Below are positions 1 through 9,712 of a stretch of DNA of 64,000 bases, one piece after another. Origin of the DNA: an uncultured bacterium (GTDB lineage Bacteria; Chlamydiota; Chlamydiia; Chlamydiales; CAYWQB01). The stretch covers positions 388,576-452,575 of the forward strand of contig CAYWQB010000001.1 in the NCBI GenBank assembly GCA_964460785.1, read 5' to 3'. The notes below the pieces were generated by a model. The model was not told where the DNA came from, searched no databases, and worked only from the letters and a program-made list of their open reading frames with translations. Both the position numbers and the translations under genes were made by a program. Numbering within the stretch: the stretch's first letter is position 1; each line of letters begins with the position of its first letter.

Positions 1-270
1 CAGCCACAGTGGGATAGCTCTATTCTTGGCATGCAGCTACATGACCGAGAAAATCAACAAGACCTCTACAGCATATTCAATGCTCAAAACACCCCTCTGA
101 CTGTGGAGATCCCGACTTCTCCTGAGGGCTCTACTTGGCGACTACTCTGTTATACAGAAAATAGAGGTGCAGAAGCATTTTTTCATCTAAACCATGCTCC
201 TGAACTTTCTGAAACAACATTTCAACTCTCTTCCTTCTCTGCACTTCTCCTTCAATCTTTTAAAGGATAA
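1..270 (+). CDS. 3' end of a gene that starts upstream of the window; possibly the C-terminal beta-sandwich of a GH13-type glycogen/starch-acting enzyme
   Basis: Hand translation shows frame 1 open from base 1 (QPQWDSSILGMQLHD...) to TAA at 268-270. The tail (STWRLLCYTE...FSALLLQS) resembles debranching-enzyme/amylase C-termini, but only weakly and from memory. Confidence 0.3.
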   Translation, partial: QPQWDSSILGMQLHDRENQQDLYSIFNAQNTPLTVEIPTSPEGSTWRLLCYTENRGAEAFFHLNHAPELSETTFQLSSFSALLLQSFKG

Positions 271-1306
271 GCATCGCATCTCCGTAGGAGAAAAACCTGT
301 AAGATTCTTTAACTGCCTGTTCATAGGCTTGCATCATCAGCTCGTACCCACCAAAAGCACAAACAAGCATCATCAATGTTGATCCAGGAAGATGGAAGTT
401 GGTCAAAAGATGTTGTGCATAGCGAAACTGGTACCCTGGATAAATGAAGATCCCTGTTGTTGCTTCGCCTGCAGCAATCACTCCTTGCTCACTTGCAGCT
501 GACTCTAGAGTGCGAAGAGTCGTTGTTCCCACCAAAATTTGCTTAGTAGAAGGGTTGCGATGATTCAAGATATCAGCTGTCTTTGGAGTAATCTGATACC
601 ACTCCTCATGCATCTTATGATCTCGAATATCCTCTGTTTGTACAGGGCGAAATGTCCCAAGCCCGACATGCAGAGTGACAGAAGATTGCCTTACCCCCCT
701 CTCAGCAAGATCTTGAAGCATCTGCTCTGTAAAATGCAAACCCGCCGTTGGCGCTGCACAAGCTCCTGGTTTTTTTGCATAAACAGTTTGATACCGTTGC
801 TGATCTTCCTCTGAAGGCTGAGAGCGCTCAATATAGTGAGGAAGAGGAAGCTGTCCTACATGCTGCAAGACCTCATAAAAATCCCCAACATAGTGAAACT
901 CTACCTGACATTCACCATCCTGCCCACAAAGGGTCACTGTACAAGAGAAGTCATCAGAAAAAACCAGTTGCATCCCCTCTTTGAGCTTTCTGAAGGGCTT
1001 CGCTAAGGCGGACCATTTTCCTTCTTCTAGGCGCTTGAGCAAAAGGAGTTCTACTTTTCCTCCTGTAGGACGCTGTCCCAAAAGCCGCGCTGGAAGAACT
1101 TTTGTATCATTAAAAACGAGGGAGTCCCCTGCCTGTAAAAGCTCGTTTAAATAGCTAAATGTAGTCGAAGTAATAGACTGCTTGCGCCTGTCCACAACCA
1201 TCAATTTAGATTGATCCCGCTCTTGAGCGGGATACTGTGCAATGAGCTCCTCAGGCAGGTGGAATTCAAAACGAGAGCGGCTATATGAAGCCGCTTGATT
1301 ATCCAT
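260..1306 (-). CDS. queA: S-adenosylmethionine:tRNA ribosyltransferase-isomerase
   Basis: 348 aa. N-terminus FEFHLPEELIAQYPAQERDQSKLMVV and C-terminus HLPGSTLMMLVCAF...YRFFSYGDAMLI are typical QueA. Confidence 0.93.
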   Translation of the reverse strand: MDNQAASYSRSRFEFHLPEELIAQYPAQERDQSKLMVVDRRKQSITSTTFSYLNELLQAGDSLVFNDTKVLPARLLGQRPTGGKVELLLLKRLEEGKWSALAKPFRKLKEGMQLVFSDDFSCTVTLCGQDGECQVEFHYVGDFYEVLQHVGQLPLPHYIERSQPSEEDQQRYQTVYAKKPGACAAPTAGLHFTEQMLQDLAERGVRQSSVTLHVGLGTFRPVQTEDIRDHKMHEEWYQITPKTADILNHRNPSTKQILVGTTTLRTLESAASEQGVIAAGEATTGIFIYPGYQFRYAQHLLTNFHLPGSTLMMLVCAFGGYELMMQAYEQAVKESYRFFSYGDAMLIL

Positions 1307-1308
1307 CT

Positions 1309-2526
1309 TTAACGGATGCCTCCGTGTTCAAGCCCCGTATGATCAATTAGGGAAAGCTTAACATGAGGGAAAAACTCTTCTAAAATCTCAGGAGCTTCTT
1401 TCCCATAGTCCGCCATCACTTTTGCAGAGTAAAGGCACATACCCACGCCATGGCCACGCCCATAGCCTGTAAAGTGCACTTTCTCCCCCTCTTCTTCTAC
1501 TGTAAACTGAGAGCTTTGTAATGCCCCTTTACCAAGCTTGTTCTGTAAGCTGATAAAGTCGAAGTTACTTACACCACCGCTATGGATCACACGCAAGCCA
1601 TAAACCTTTTCTGATCCCTCATCACGAAATGCTTCAACTTCTTGAATCTCTCCTGTTCCAAGCTTAGAAGCTAGTTGAGCACGAGTTAGATTCATTTCCC
1701 ACTTTGTCTCCTCTCGTGTTTGAATGGCAAAAGGTGCATCAACCCCCTTTCCTGGAGCTAAAGCATGGCGACGAAACATAATATGGTAAGGAGCTGTATG
1801 ACCAGCAGAATGCTCTGTCCACACAGCAGCAAATGTGCCCTCTGTCATTCCATTTGCTTCTTGCTTCATCACTAGGCCACGTGTGTAGTCTGTCATGCTC
1901 GATACATCGGCTCGCAAAACCCCAAGTCCCTGGTAGTTTTCTTCACGAGCTTGCACATGCCAATATGCATCTAAATCTCTAAGCTTTTGATAATAAGCAT
2001 TTGTTCTTGCAACAATCACCATGGCTGCAAGAGCTTCATCTTGCACCGTTTCTCCTGGCTTTAGAGCAGAGGACACTGCGCTTTTTACATAATCTTCCAC
2101 AGGCAGTTCATTGACAAAACTCAATTTGTCATCAATTTGATAAACTAGCACTGCTCCTTTGTACTGCACGCCTCCAACTAATACAGTTGTGTGCTCCATT
2201 TCATCAGGAACAATTGCAATCTGATAGATGCCTGGGAACTGTTCTCCCCACTTGACACCACTGGCTGTAGGCTGAATGAAGTAGCGCTTGTCTGCAAAGC
2301 GAGACGCAATTTTTTCCCCTGTGGCAGGGTCATAAATATTATAGCTACCAGTAACTTCCAGCATCGCGCCAGGGACTCGATCCTCAACTAAAACCTTAAT
2401 TGTTGGATTTCCTTTTTGCTCGCTGATTCCCATCATGTGCCGGACAGAGTCCCAACCTCCAGCTACAAGAGTCCCTGTACTAAAGACCACTGCACTTAAT
2501 ACGAGCAATAGCAACTGCTTTCTCAT
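1309..2526 (-). CDS. SpoIID/LytB-domain protein (peptidoglycan-remodelling lytic transglycosylase homolog), secreted
   Basis: C-terminal GYGRGHGVGMCLYSAKVMA motif. I prefer Met13 (MRKQLLLLVLSAVVF signal peptide), which follows a GGGAGAG Shine-Dalgarno, over the track start at 2562. Confidence 0.8.
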   Translation of the reverse strand: MRKQLLLLVLSAVVFSTGTLVAGGWDSVRHMMGISEQKGNPTIKVLVEDRVPGAMLEVTGSYNIYDPATGEKIASRFADKRYFIQPTASGVKWGEQFPGIYQIAIVPDEMEHTTVLVGGVQYKGAVLVYQIDDKLSFVNELPVEDYVKSAVSSALKPGETVQDEALAAMVIVARTNAYYQKLRDLDAYWHVQAREENYQGLGVLRADVSSMTDYTRGLVMKQEANGMTEGTFAAVWTEHSAGHTAPYHIMFRRHALAPGKGVDAPFAIQTREETKWEMNLTRAQLASKLGTGEIQEVEAFRDEGSEKVYGLRVIHSGGVSNFDFISLQNKLGKGALQSSQFTVEEEGEKVHFTGYGRGHGVGMCLYSAKVMADYGKEAPEILEEFFPHVKLSLIDHTGLEHGGIR

Positions 2527-2542
2527 TTTTCTCTCCCTTCCG

Positions 2543-3529
2543 TTATTTACCCAAGTGCTCATAGGCTAAGGGGGTTACCTCTCGACCTCTGGGTGTCCGT
2601 TTCAAAAAACCCTGCATAATGAGGTAGGGTTCATAAACCTCTTCGATGGTATGCTTTTCTTCCCCCAAAGCGACAGCCAACGTATTCAGTCCCACAGGCC
2701 CGCCTTGGTAGTGATTGACAATTGTAGACAAAATTTTCATATCCATTTCATCAAGCCCCTTGCCATCAATCGCTAGCATTTTTAAAGCTTGATGCACGAC
2801 ATCAAGGCTCATCATACCGTCTGATTTGATTTGTGCAAAGTCTCGTACCCAACGAAGCAAGTTGTTTGCGATCCGCGGGGTCCCTCTGGACCTTCGTGCG
2901 ATTTCTTCTGCACTTGCAGAGTCGATTGTAGCTCCCATTAAACGAGCTGAGCGCTGGATGATTGCAGAAAGTAGAGCTGAGGGGTAGTGCTCAAGCCGCA
3001 AGGCAGACTGAAAGCGCGAGCGCAAAGGATGGCTTAACTGTCCCGCTCTTGTGGTCGCTCCAACAAGAGTAAAGGGCTTTAAATCCAAGTGCACAGTCCG
3101 TGCATTTGCACCACTATCAATTGTAATATCGATACGAAAGTCTTCCATTGCTGAATAGAGGTACTCCTCAACATTTCTATTGAGACGGTGGATTTCATCG
3201 ATGAAAAGGACATCACCTTTTTCAAGAGCTGTGAGAATACCAGCTAAGTCTGCCGCTTTATCAAGGATAGGGCCTGAGGTTGCATGGATTTTGGTTTGCA
3301 TCTCATTGGCTAAAATATTTGAAAGAGTTGTCTTTCCTAAACCAGCTGGCCCCAAAAAAAGGCAATGGCCTAGAGCTTCCCCTCTTTGTTTTGCAGCCTC
3401 TAGTAAAATAGAGAGACGCTCCTTTATTGGATCTTGCCCCAAAAAATCTTTTAGACTTTTTGGACGTAGCGGCACTTCAAACTCGGCATCTTCATCCCGC
3501 ATGGCTGATTCGATGTAGCGGCTTTCCAT
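2543..3529 (-). CDS. ruvB: Holliday junction branch migration helicase RuvB
   Basis: Walker A GPAGLGKTT, Walker B VLFIDEIHRL, and LRPKSLKDFLGQ near the N-terminus. Start moved to MESRYIE (CAT at 3527-3529), which follows a GAGGAG RBS. Confidence 0.95.
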   Translation of the reverse strand: MESRYIESAMRDEDAEFEVPLRPKSLKDFLGQDPIKERLSILLEAAKQRGEALGHCLFLGPAGLGKTTLSNILANEMQTKIHATSGPILDKAADLAGILTALEKGDVLFIDEIHRLNRNVEEYLYSAMEDFRIDITIDSGANARTVHLDLKPFTLVGATTRAGQLSHPLRSRFQSALRLEHYPSALLSAIIQRSARLMGATIDSASAEEIARRSRGTPRIANNLLRWVRDFAQIKSDGMMSLDVVHQALKMLAIDGKGLDEMDMKILSTIVNHYQGGPVGLNTLAVALGEEKHTIEEVYEPYLIMQGFLKRTPRGREVTPLAYEHLGK

Positions 3530-3625
3530 ATTCTCCTCTCTCCAAAGCTGTGAAAACAGTAGCAAAAAAGCGCTTTCCCAGCTATATTCCCCTTCACTTT
3601 TCTTTAGAATTTAGCGGGTAAAAAG

Positions 3626-4228
3626 ATGGGCGGATTGCTACCAGATGAAGAAATTCGAAGACTAGCTATGGAAGAGGGGATGATTGAACCCTTCTGTGAG
3701 CGCCGAGATTATCGAGACTCTGAAGGGGGTATTTCTGTAGCAGCGGACGGACAAGAGCGCAATATTATTAGTTATGGGCTATCCAGCTACGGCTACGATA
3801 TCCGTGTTGCTAGTGAATTTAAAGTGTTCACCAATGTACACAATAGCCTTGTAGATCCTAAGAGATTTGATGACAAATCATTCGTCGATGTATGCACAGA
3901 TGAGTGCATCATTCCTCCTAATTCATTTGCCTTGGCTCGCAGTGTAGAAAGATTTCGTATTCCTCGAGATGTTTTGACTGTCTGCGTAGGGAAATCCACA
4001 TATGCACGCTGTGGGATCATCGTCAATGTCACTCCCTTTGAGCCTGAATGGGAGGGATATGTCACCCTTGAGATCTCCAATACAACTCCCTTACCTGCTA
4101 AAATTTACGCAAATGAAGGCATTGCTCAAGTTCTCTTTTTCAAAGGAACCAGTGTTTGCGCGACCTCTTATGCAGACCGCAAAGGAAAGTACCAAGACCA
4201 AGTAGGGATTACTCTCTCTCAGGTCTAA
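3626..4228 (+). CDS. dcd: dCTP deaminase
   Basis: 200 aa. [37 protein letters not shown] matches the Dcd/dUTPase-fold core. Confidence 0.88.
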   Translation: MGGLLPDEEIRRLAMEEGMIEPFCERRDYRDSEGGISVAADGQERNIISYGLSSYGYDIRVASEFKVFTNVHNSLVDPKRFDDKSFVDVCTDECIIPPNSFALARSVERFRIPRDVLTVCVGKSTYARCGIIVNVTPFEPEWEGYVTLEISNTTPLPAKIYANEGIAQVLFFKGTSVCATSYADRKGKYQDQVGITLSQV

Positions 4229-4256
4229 GCAAAAGCTATGCTTTAGGGGTGGACAA

Positions 4257-4823
4257 GTGAAGGTTTTATTTCTAGGCTTTGACGCAACGGAAACGCGCTT
4301 GATCCACCTACTCAAAAAGCAAGGGTGTACCGTTACACACTGTAAAGATAAAATCGACAACCTAAAGCCGTATGACTTGGTGGTCAGCTTTGGGTACAGG
4401 CATCTTTTGTCCTCTGAGCAAATTCAGCATGCTCAAAGAAAAATCTTGAATCTTCATATCAGTTACCTGCCTTGGAACCGAGGAGCTCACCCCAACTTTT
4501 GGTCTTTTTTTGACCAAACACCAAGCGGTGTCACGATCCATGCAATTGATGCTGGAGTTGATACAGGTCCGATTGCATACCAAAAAAAAGTTTTCTTTGA
4601 TCAAGATGAAAGTACCTTTACTGCCACCTATTCTCGTCTTATCTATGAGATAGAAGAGCTATTTATTGCGCATATGGAAGAGATCTTATCTGGTAAGATC
4701 CCCTTTAAACCACAAAAAGGCCTTGGCTCTTATCATGCGGTCAAAGATCTCCCTATGCATTTCCAAGGGTGGAATTGCGAAATCAAAGAGGAAATAGAGC
4801 GCCTGCGCGGCCTCTCCAGTTAA
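4257..4823 (+). CDS. Formyltransferase-family protein (N-terminal formyl_trans domain only)
   Basis: ILNLHISYLPWNRGAHP...GVTIHAIDAGVDTGPI corresponds to the HxSLLPxxRG and DxGxDTG motifs of formyltransferases. Confidence 0.7.
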   Translation: MKVLFLGFDATETRLIHLLKKQGCTVTHCKDKIDNLKPYDLVVSFGYRHLLSSEQIQHAQRKILNLHISYLPWNRGAHPNFWSFFDQTPSGVTIHAIDAGVDTGPIAYQKKVFFDQDESTFTATYSRLIYEIEELFIAHMEEILSGKIPFKPQKGLGSYHAVKDLPMHFQGWNCEIKEEIERLRGLSS

Positions 4824-4826
4824 CCA

Positions 4827-5417
4827 TTAAAACAGTTCCCTTTGAGCAGGAATCGCTTCTAATGCATCGGCACCTTGGTAGTCTGCTTTACCAATTGCCC
4901 GAGTTACAGGATAAAGCTGTAGTTCGGACTCACAAAGAGTCGTTATAACCTCTTGTTTAAGCCAAAGCCGAGCCAGTTTTGAGGAAAAAAGGAAGGGCTT
5001 ACGAGGGTGAATCTTCCCTAACAAAGACCCTGCTTGCTCGGTAAGAATACAAAGCTCTGTGCGATGCTCTACAAAGCGATACAGAGCTCCAAAGAAAAAC
5101 CTCTCCCCTTCAGCTAAACGCACCACATAAGGCTGGTCTCCATGCCACTCATAAAAGGCTGTTGCTGGGATCACACAGCGCATATTTGGCCATAGAGATT
5201 GAAAAAGAGGTTTTTCAAATACTGTCTCGCTACGAACATTGATCACCCGCTTTCCTAAGCCTTGCACTGCAAACCCCCACTCTCCCACTTCCCATACTAA
5301 ATTGGTGCGCATGAATGGCACTTGTGATGAAGGAGTTATATTAATTTTAGGCTCCCATGAGTCCTTACCACCTTGTAATTGAGTAGGACAATCCATAAGA
5401 GCAAAGCGACCACACAT
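4827..5417 (-). CDS. SOS-response-associated peptidase (SRAP/YedK family, abasic-site processing)
   Basis: N-terminal MCGRF with catalytic Cys2; length is typical at 196 aa. Confidence 0.85.
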   Translation of the reverse strand: MCGRFALMDCPTQLQGGKDSWEPKINITPSSQVPFMRTNLVWEVGEWGFAVQGLGKRVINVRSETVFEKPLFQSLWPNMRCVIPATAFYEWHGDQPYVVRLAEGERFFFGALYRFVEHRTELCILTEQAGSLLGKIHPRKPFLFSSKLARLWLKQEVITTLCESELQLYPVTRAIGKADYQGADALEAIPAQRELF

Positions 5418-5486
5418 GAGTAAATTCAGCTTTGAGGTTGAAAAAAAGCAATCTGCAGATCAATCTTACTAGCAGGGAGAGCTAAT

Positions 5487-5828
5487 ATGCAACAGGTGAA
5501 AAAGCGATCAGTCAAGTACAGCAGGCTGACAAGAAGGGAAGCCAAAACGAAGCTCTACCGTCTATGGTGGCTTGCTTTCTTTTTTATCTGTTGCCAGTTA
5601 CTATTTATCCAAGCAATGAGCTCACTAAAGCAAACACAATCCTCCCTTGAGAAAACCTACCTATCACTAGGAGAAAAGAAAGCGAAGCTTGCTGCAGAGG
5701 TAGAGTTTCTTGCAAAGAAACTTGAAGTGCAAAACGACCCTCGGGCAACAGAGCTCCTTCTCAAAGAGCGCTTAAATGTAATCCCTGAAGGAGAAACGAA
5801 AGTTCTCTTTCACAATGAGGCCCCATGA
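5487..5828 (+). CDS. Small bitopic coiled-coil protein, possibly a septum-formation-initiator (FtsB/DivIC-like) protein
   Basis: One TM segment (LYRLWWLAFFFICCQLLFIQAM) followed by a heptad-like helix. The ORF overlaps the next gene by 4 nt. The family call is weak. Confidence 0.35.
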   Translation: MQQVKKRSVKYSRLTRREAKTKLYRLWWLAFFFICCQLLFIQAMSSLKQTQSSLEKTYLSLGEKKAKLAAEVEFLAKKLEVQNDPRATELLLKERLNVIPEGETKVLFHNEAP

Positions 5829-7093
5829 CTACCCTATTGATCGTCTTGCTTGTCTTTTTTACTTTGGCATCTGCATTTTTTTCAGGCTCTGAAACCACCC
5901 TTTTTTCATTACCGCCTACAAAAATCCGCTCCTTCCAAATTTCCAAGCGCGCTCATCTTCAGCGCATTGCAGACCTTGTCAATCGCCCTAGGGATTTGCT
6001 CGTTACCATCTTGATGTTAAATGTTTTTGTGAACCTCTTTGTACAAAACATTGCATCAAACCTTTTTGAAGAAACGCCTTCTTGGCTCCTCAAAGTAGGA
6101 GTCCCTTTTGCTATTACACTGATCTTTGGTGAGATCCTACCTAAATCGATTGCCTTAGCAAATAACGAATCTTTAGCTCCCAAAGTAGCACCTACGATTC
6201 AGTTTTCTCGTAAGTGTCTTTCCCCTCTACGCTTTATTTTAACACGTGTCACAGCAGTTGTTGTACGTATTGTTTTTTTCTTTCTTAAGCGCTCTCCGGA
6301 ACTGACAGATGAACAGCTTGATGAGTTACTTAAAACATCGGAAAAGTATGGAGTACTTGAAGGTGATGAAACAGAGCTAATTCGTGGCTGTCTTCATCTG
6401 CAAAAAGCAACAGTGAAAGAGCTCATGCAACCCCGGGGAGATGTTCTTTTTTATGATATGGATGACCCATTAAGTAAGCTCACTTACTTTTTCTCAGAAA
6501 AGGGTTGTTCACGGATTCCTGTTTGCCAAGGCGGCTTAGAAAACCTCTGTGGCATACTTGATGCTCGTTTATTCTTTATTCAAAGAGAAAAGGTTGATAC
6601 ATCTCATGATCTCTTTCCCCTACTACGCAAACCGATCTTTGTGCCCGAGATGACCCTAGCAAAAGTTCTGCTACAAGAGATGAAAGAAAAGGCTCAAAGC
6701 ATTGCAATTGTTGTTGATGAATATGGATCCACAGCTGGGATCATCTCTTCTGAAGATCTTGTTGAAGTGGTAGTGGGAGAAATCTCTGACCGTAGGGGAG
6801 AACTAGAGCAGCTCTATACACAAGCAGGGCAAGATGTAATCATTGCTAATAGCAAGCTTGAACTCACAGAGTTCAACGAGCTTTTTTCTTCTCAGCTCAG
6901 TAGCCCCAATAATATGGTCACTTTAGGAGGGTGGCTCACAGAGCAACTTGGTGTCATTCCACAAGCAGGAATCAAGCATGTGACAAAAGACTTCCTCTTT
7001 CAAGTTTTAGCTGCTGACCCTAATCGCGTACGGAGAATCTATGTGAGAAAGCTTGCCCCAAACTTTGGTTATGAGGATGACAGCGATGCATGA
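5825..7093 (+). CDS. CNNM/TlyC-family membrane protein (DUF21 + CBS pair + CorC_HlyC)
   Basis: N-terminal DUF21 region (FFSGSETTLFSL) and central CBS region. The C-terminus has the CorC pattern (GGWLTEQLGVIPQAG...F). Confidence 0.85.
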   Translation: MTTLLIVLLVFFTLASAFFSGSETTLFSLPPTKIRSFQISKRAHLQRIADLVNRPRDLLVTILMLNVFVNLFVQNIASNLFEETPSWLLKVGVPFAITLIFGEILPKSIALANNESLAPKVAPTIQFSRKCLSPLRFILTRVTAVVVRIVFFFLKRSPELTDEQLDELLKTSEKYGVLEGDETELIRGCLHLQKATVKELMQPRGDVLFYDMDDPLSKLTYFFSEKGCSRIPVCQGGLENLCGILDARLFFIQREKVDTSHDLFPLLRKPIFVPEMTLAKVLLQEMKEKAQSIAIVVDEYGSTAGIISSEDLVEVVVGEISDRRGELEQLYTQAGQDVIIANSKLELTEFNELFSSQLSSPNNMVTLGGWLTEQLGVIPQAGIKHVTKDFLFQVLAADPNRVRRIYVRKLAPNFGYEDDSDA

Positions 7094-8321
7094 AGTTCTC
7101 TTTTGGTTAATTTTAACTCTCATCTGTGTAGGCCTACAAGGCATCTTTTCTATGCTAGAAATGGCTTATGTTTCCTTTAACCGAGTGAAACTACATTATT
7201 TAGTTAGCCGCAAAAAACGCCGTGCTGTTTGGGTTTACAATCTCCTGCAAGAGCCTGCCCGTCTATTTGGTACAACATTGATTGGGGTAAATATTGCCCT
7301 GCAAGTTGGCTCCGAATGTTCTAGAAAGCTCTACGAAGCTCTTAACTTAGGAGCTGATCTAGCCCCTCTTACTCAAGGGTTTCTTGTGTTGATTTTTGCA
7401 GAGCTTGCTCCTATGACAGCTGCTCGTAAGTATTCAGAAACAGTGGCCCTCCTTGGCTCTCCGATTCTCTATGTAGCCTCTATCTTGCTCTCCCCTGTGA
7501 TTTTTCTGATTCGCTTATTGAATACTGGAATCACAAAGCTATGTAGAGGGAAGGAAAGCGATAAAAAGCTCTTTCTTACAAGAGATGAACTGCGCACTGC
7601 CTTTGAATTTCCTGAAAGCTCTCGCCTCTCATCCTCCGGGCAATTCTCAGACCTGATAGCCAATGTTTTTGAGTGCAAGAGCTGGACTGCCCAAGACATT
7701 ATGACGCCTGTGCATCTTGTTCCCAAACTTCCTTCACATGCTTCTGTACGCCAGATGCGACTGCGTCTTGCGCAAAACCCCATTGATTTCATGCCGATTT
7801 TTTTCCAGACACAGCATCATATTGTCGGTATAGCCTTTGCGAAAGACCTTGTACATGTAAGCAATCCAAATAGGCGAGCAAGAGATTATGCTCGCCCTCC
7901 ATGGTTTATCTTACAAAGCACCACCATTCTACAGATTTTACAGCAGTTTAAAAAGAATAACCATGATGTAGCGATTGTACTCAATGATAGGGGAAAAGCT
8001 GTGGGCATCCTCAGCTTAGATGATATCTTAGAGCGTATTTTCCACTCTCCGCGATCGAACCAGCAGCCTACTCGAGGACTAAAGATTCCTTTTATCCAAA
8101 AAAACTTCTCTGCGGATACGAGAGTTCAGCGAATCAATCGCAAATATAAAACAAATCTTGATGCAAAAAGTCCAAAGGAAACCCTGGCTCAGTATATGGC
8201 TAGAAGACTAGGCCATAAACCAGAGAAGGGAGATATTGTGATTGATGGCAGTATTGAGCTTCAAGTAGTAGACTCTTCTCTGCTAGGCGTCAAGCGTATA
8301 CGGTTTCGCTCCCTGCTCTAA
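7086..8321 (+). CDS. Second CNNM/TlyC-family membrane protein (DUF21 + CBS), paralog of the preceding gene
   Basis: FSMLEMAYVSFNRVKL (DUF21) followed by a CBS region. The track start is 7053. I prefer the ATG at 7086, which overlaps the upstream stop as ATGCATGA. Confidence 0.8.
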   Translation: MHEVLFWLILTLICVGLQGIFSMLEMAYVSFNRVKLHYLVSRKKRRAVWVYNLLQEPARLFGTTLIGVNIALQVGSECSRKLYEALNLGADLAPLTQGFLVLIFAELAPMTAARKYSETVALLGSPILYVASILLSPVIFLIRLLNTGITKLCRGKESDKKLFLTRDELRTAFEFPESSRLSSSGQFSDLIANVFECKSWTAQDIMTPVHLVPKLPSHASVRQMRLRLAQNPIDFMPIFFQTQHHIVGIAFAKDLVHVSNPNRRARDYARPPWFILQSTTILQILQQFKKNNHDVAIVLNDRGKAVGILSLDDILERIFHSPRSNQQPTRGLKIPFIQKNFSADTRVQRINRKYKTNLDAKSPKETLAQYMARRLGHKPEKGDIVIDGSIELQVVDSSLLGVKRIRFRSLL

Positions 8322-9660
8322 ATGCTTCAGATAAATGAGTAACCCATTGTAAGGCCTCTTTCAAGTACTCTTGCTCATCTGCACTATAGCCCTTTCCCGT
8401 ATGCTTATCGGGGTGCAAAAGCCTTTGGGCTTCACGGCGACTTTTCTCTAGCTCTTTGGCAATTTGGGTGCCTTTTTCTGGGGTGAGAGTCCAACCTTTT
8501 AAAAGCTCTGCAAGAGAAGGGGTTTCTCCTAACAATCGCTTTACTCCTTGATAGGACTGAACTTTTAAAGATAAATAGAGGGCAGGGTCCTGTATGGCTT
8601 TTTCTACTTTTTTAAAATAAGTTCTCGTTCTTACTGAGTAAAGAAGAGGGTTTTTCTCGATATCTTCTTTTATTTTTCTCACTCTTTGCATTGCCTCATC
8701 TTGAGACGTATCATACCCGATATTCAAAGAGCGATAAATATCGCTGAGCCCGATCCCATTTTGGGAGGCCACTGACAGAAATTTAGCTGTTTCCTTTCCT
8801 TCCTCTATCTTTTCATCGATAAAGTTTTTATGTCCTTTGAGCATGGCATGGTACGTAGAGATCGCCTTCTCTACTGTCTCTATCCCCTTTTGCATAGGAA
8901 GAATGCTTTGTCCTTTAAGCACATGGTCTATATTTCTTTGAGTCAGAGAATAGAGTTCCTCTTGAGCTTCTACAACAGTATGCTTGGCTTCTAAAATACG
9001 ATCGACTCCATCTGTATACCTTTGCATGCGCTCTGAAAATGCAAGCCTTTCCTCATCAGAGAATGTGTCATCTGTTAGATATCTCCAAAAATGAGTCCAC
9101 ACAGCTTGAATCATACGCCCTGTAGTGCGCATCAATACTTCAATTTCACCTTCTCTACGCAAGGAACTAGCCTTTTCTACCCCAGAGGCATAACCAGCAA
9201 TCACCTCCTCTAGGCGGCTCACTTGCTGTGCAGATAGTAGACCTTCTGCTTCTAGCTTCTTGAAAAGAGGCTTCCCTTCTTGCATTAGATCCTGTGGATC
9301 TATACCTAAGCGCTGCATACTTGCTAACAGCTGTGCTTTTGAAGGCAAAGGAACTTGGAATCGAGGATCATTTACCTGTTGGATCTCTTCTCTCAGCTTT
9401 AAAAGGCTAAGTACATCTAAGGTTTCTAAATCGGAAGCATATAACTGCCTAAATCTTTCAGGAGTCAGCAAGCATGAAGCAAGAGCGGACCGGCCATGAT
9501 CGATCGCATGATCCTGGAAAAAGGCAAATAAAGAGGTCTCTTGTTCGGCTTTCAGTCGATAACCCAGCAATGTATGTTGCTCTTGGTACTGAGGCAACAC
9601 CCCCTCTCTTTGAGGGTAACATTCAAGGTCAAAGCTTATTTCTGTCATAATTTCCTCCAA
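8290..9660 (-). CDS. Orphan alpha-helical protein with a C-terminal J domain (HPD motif)
   Basis: 456 aa. C-terminus ...SRREAQRLLHPDKHTGKGYSADEQEYLKEALQWVTHLSEAF. I verified by reverse translation that the HPD codons lie at 8407-8415. I recognise no family for the first ~380 aa. Confidence 0.6.
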   Translation of the reverse strand: MEEIMTEISFDLECYPQREGVLPQYQEQHTLLGYRLKAEQETSLFAFFQDHAIDHGRSALASCLLTPERFRQLYASDLETLDVLSLLKLREEIQQVNDPRFQVPLPSKAQLLASMQRLGIDPQDLMQEGKPLFKKLEAEGLLSAQQVSRLEEVIAGYASGVEKASSLRREGEIEVLMRTTGRMIQAVWTHFWRYLTDDTFSDEERLAFSERMQRYTDGVDRILEAKHTVVEAQEELYSLTQRNIDHVLKGQSILPMQKGIETVEKAISTYHAMLKGHKNFIDEKIEEGKETAKFLSVASQNGIGLSDIYRSLNIGYDTSQDEAMQRVRKIKEDIEKNPLLYSVRTRTYFKKVEKAIQDPALYLSLKVQSYQGVKRLLGETPSLAELLKGWTLTPEKGTQIAKELEKSRREAQRLLHPDKHTGKGYSADEQEYLKEALQWVTHLSEAFRAGSETVYA

Positions 9661-9712
9661 ATAAGGAGGATATTATAGCTAAATATAAACAATATGTAAA
9701 GATCTTAATATT

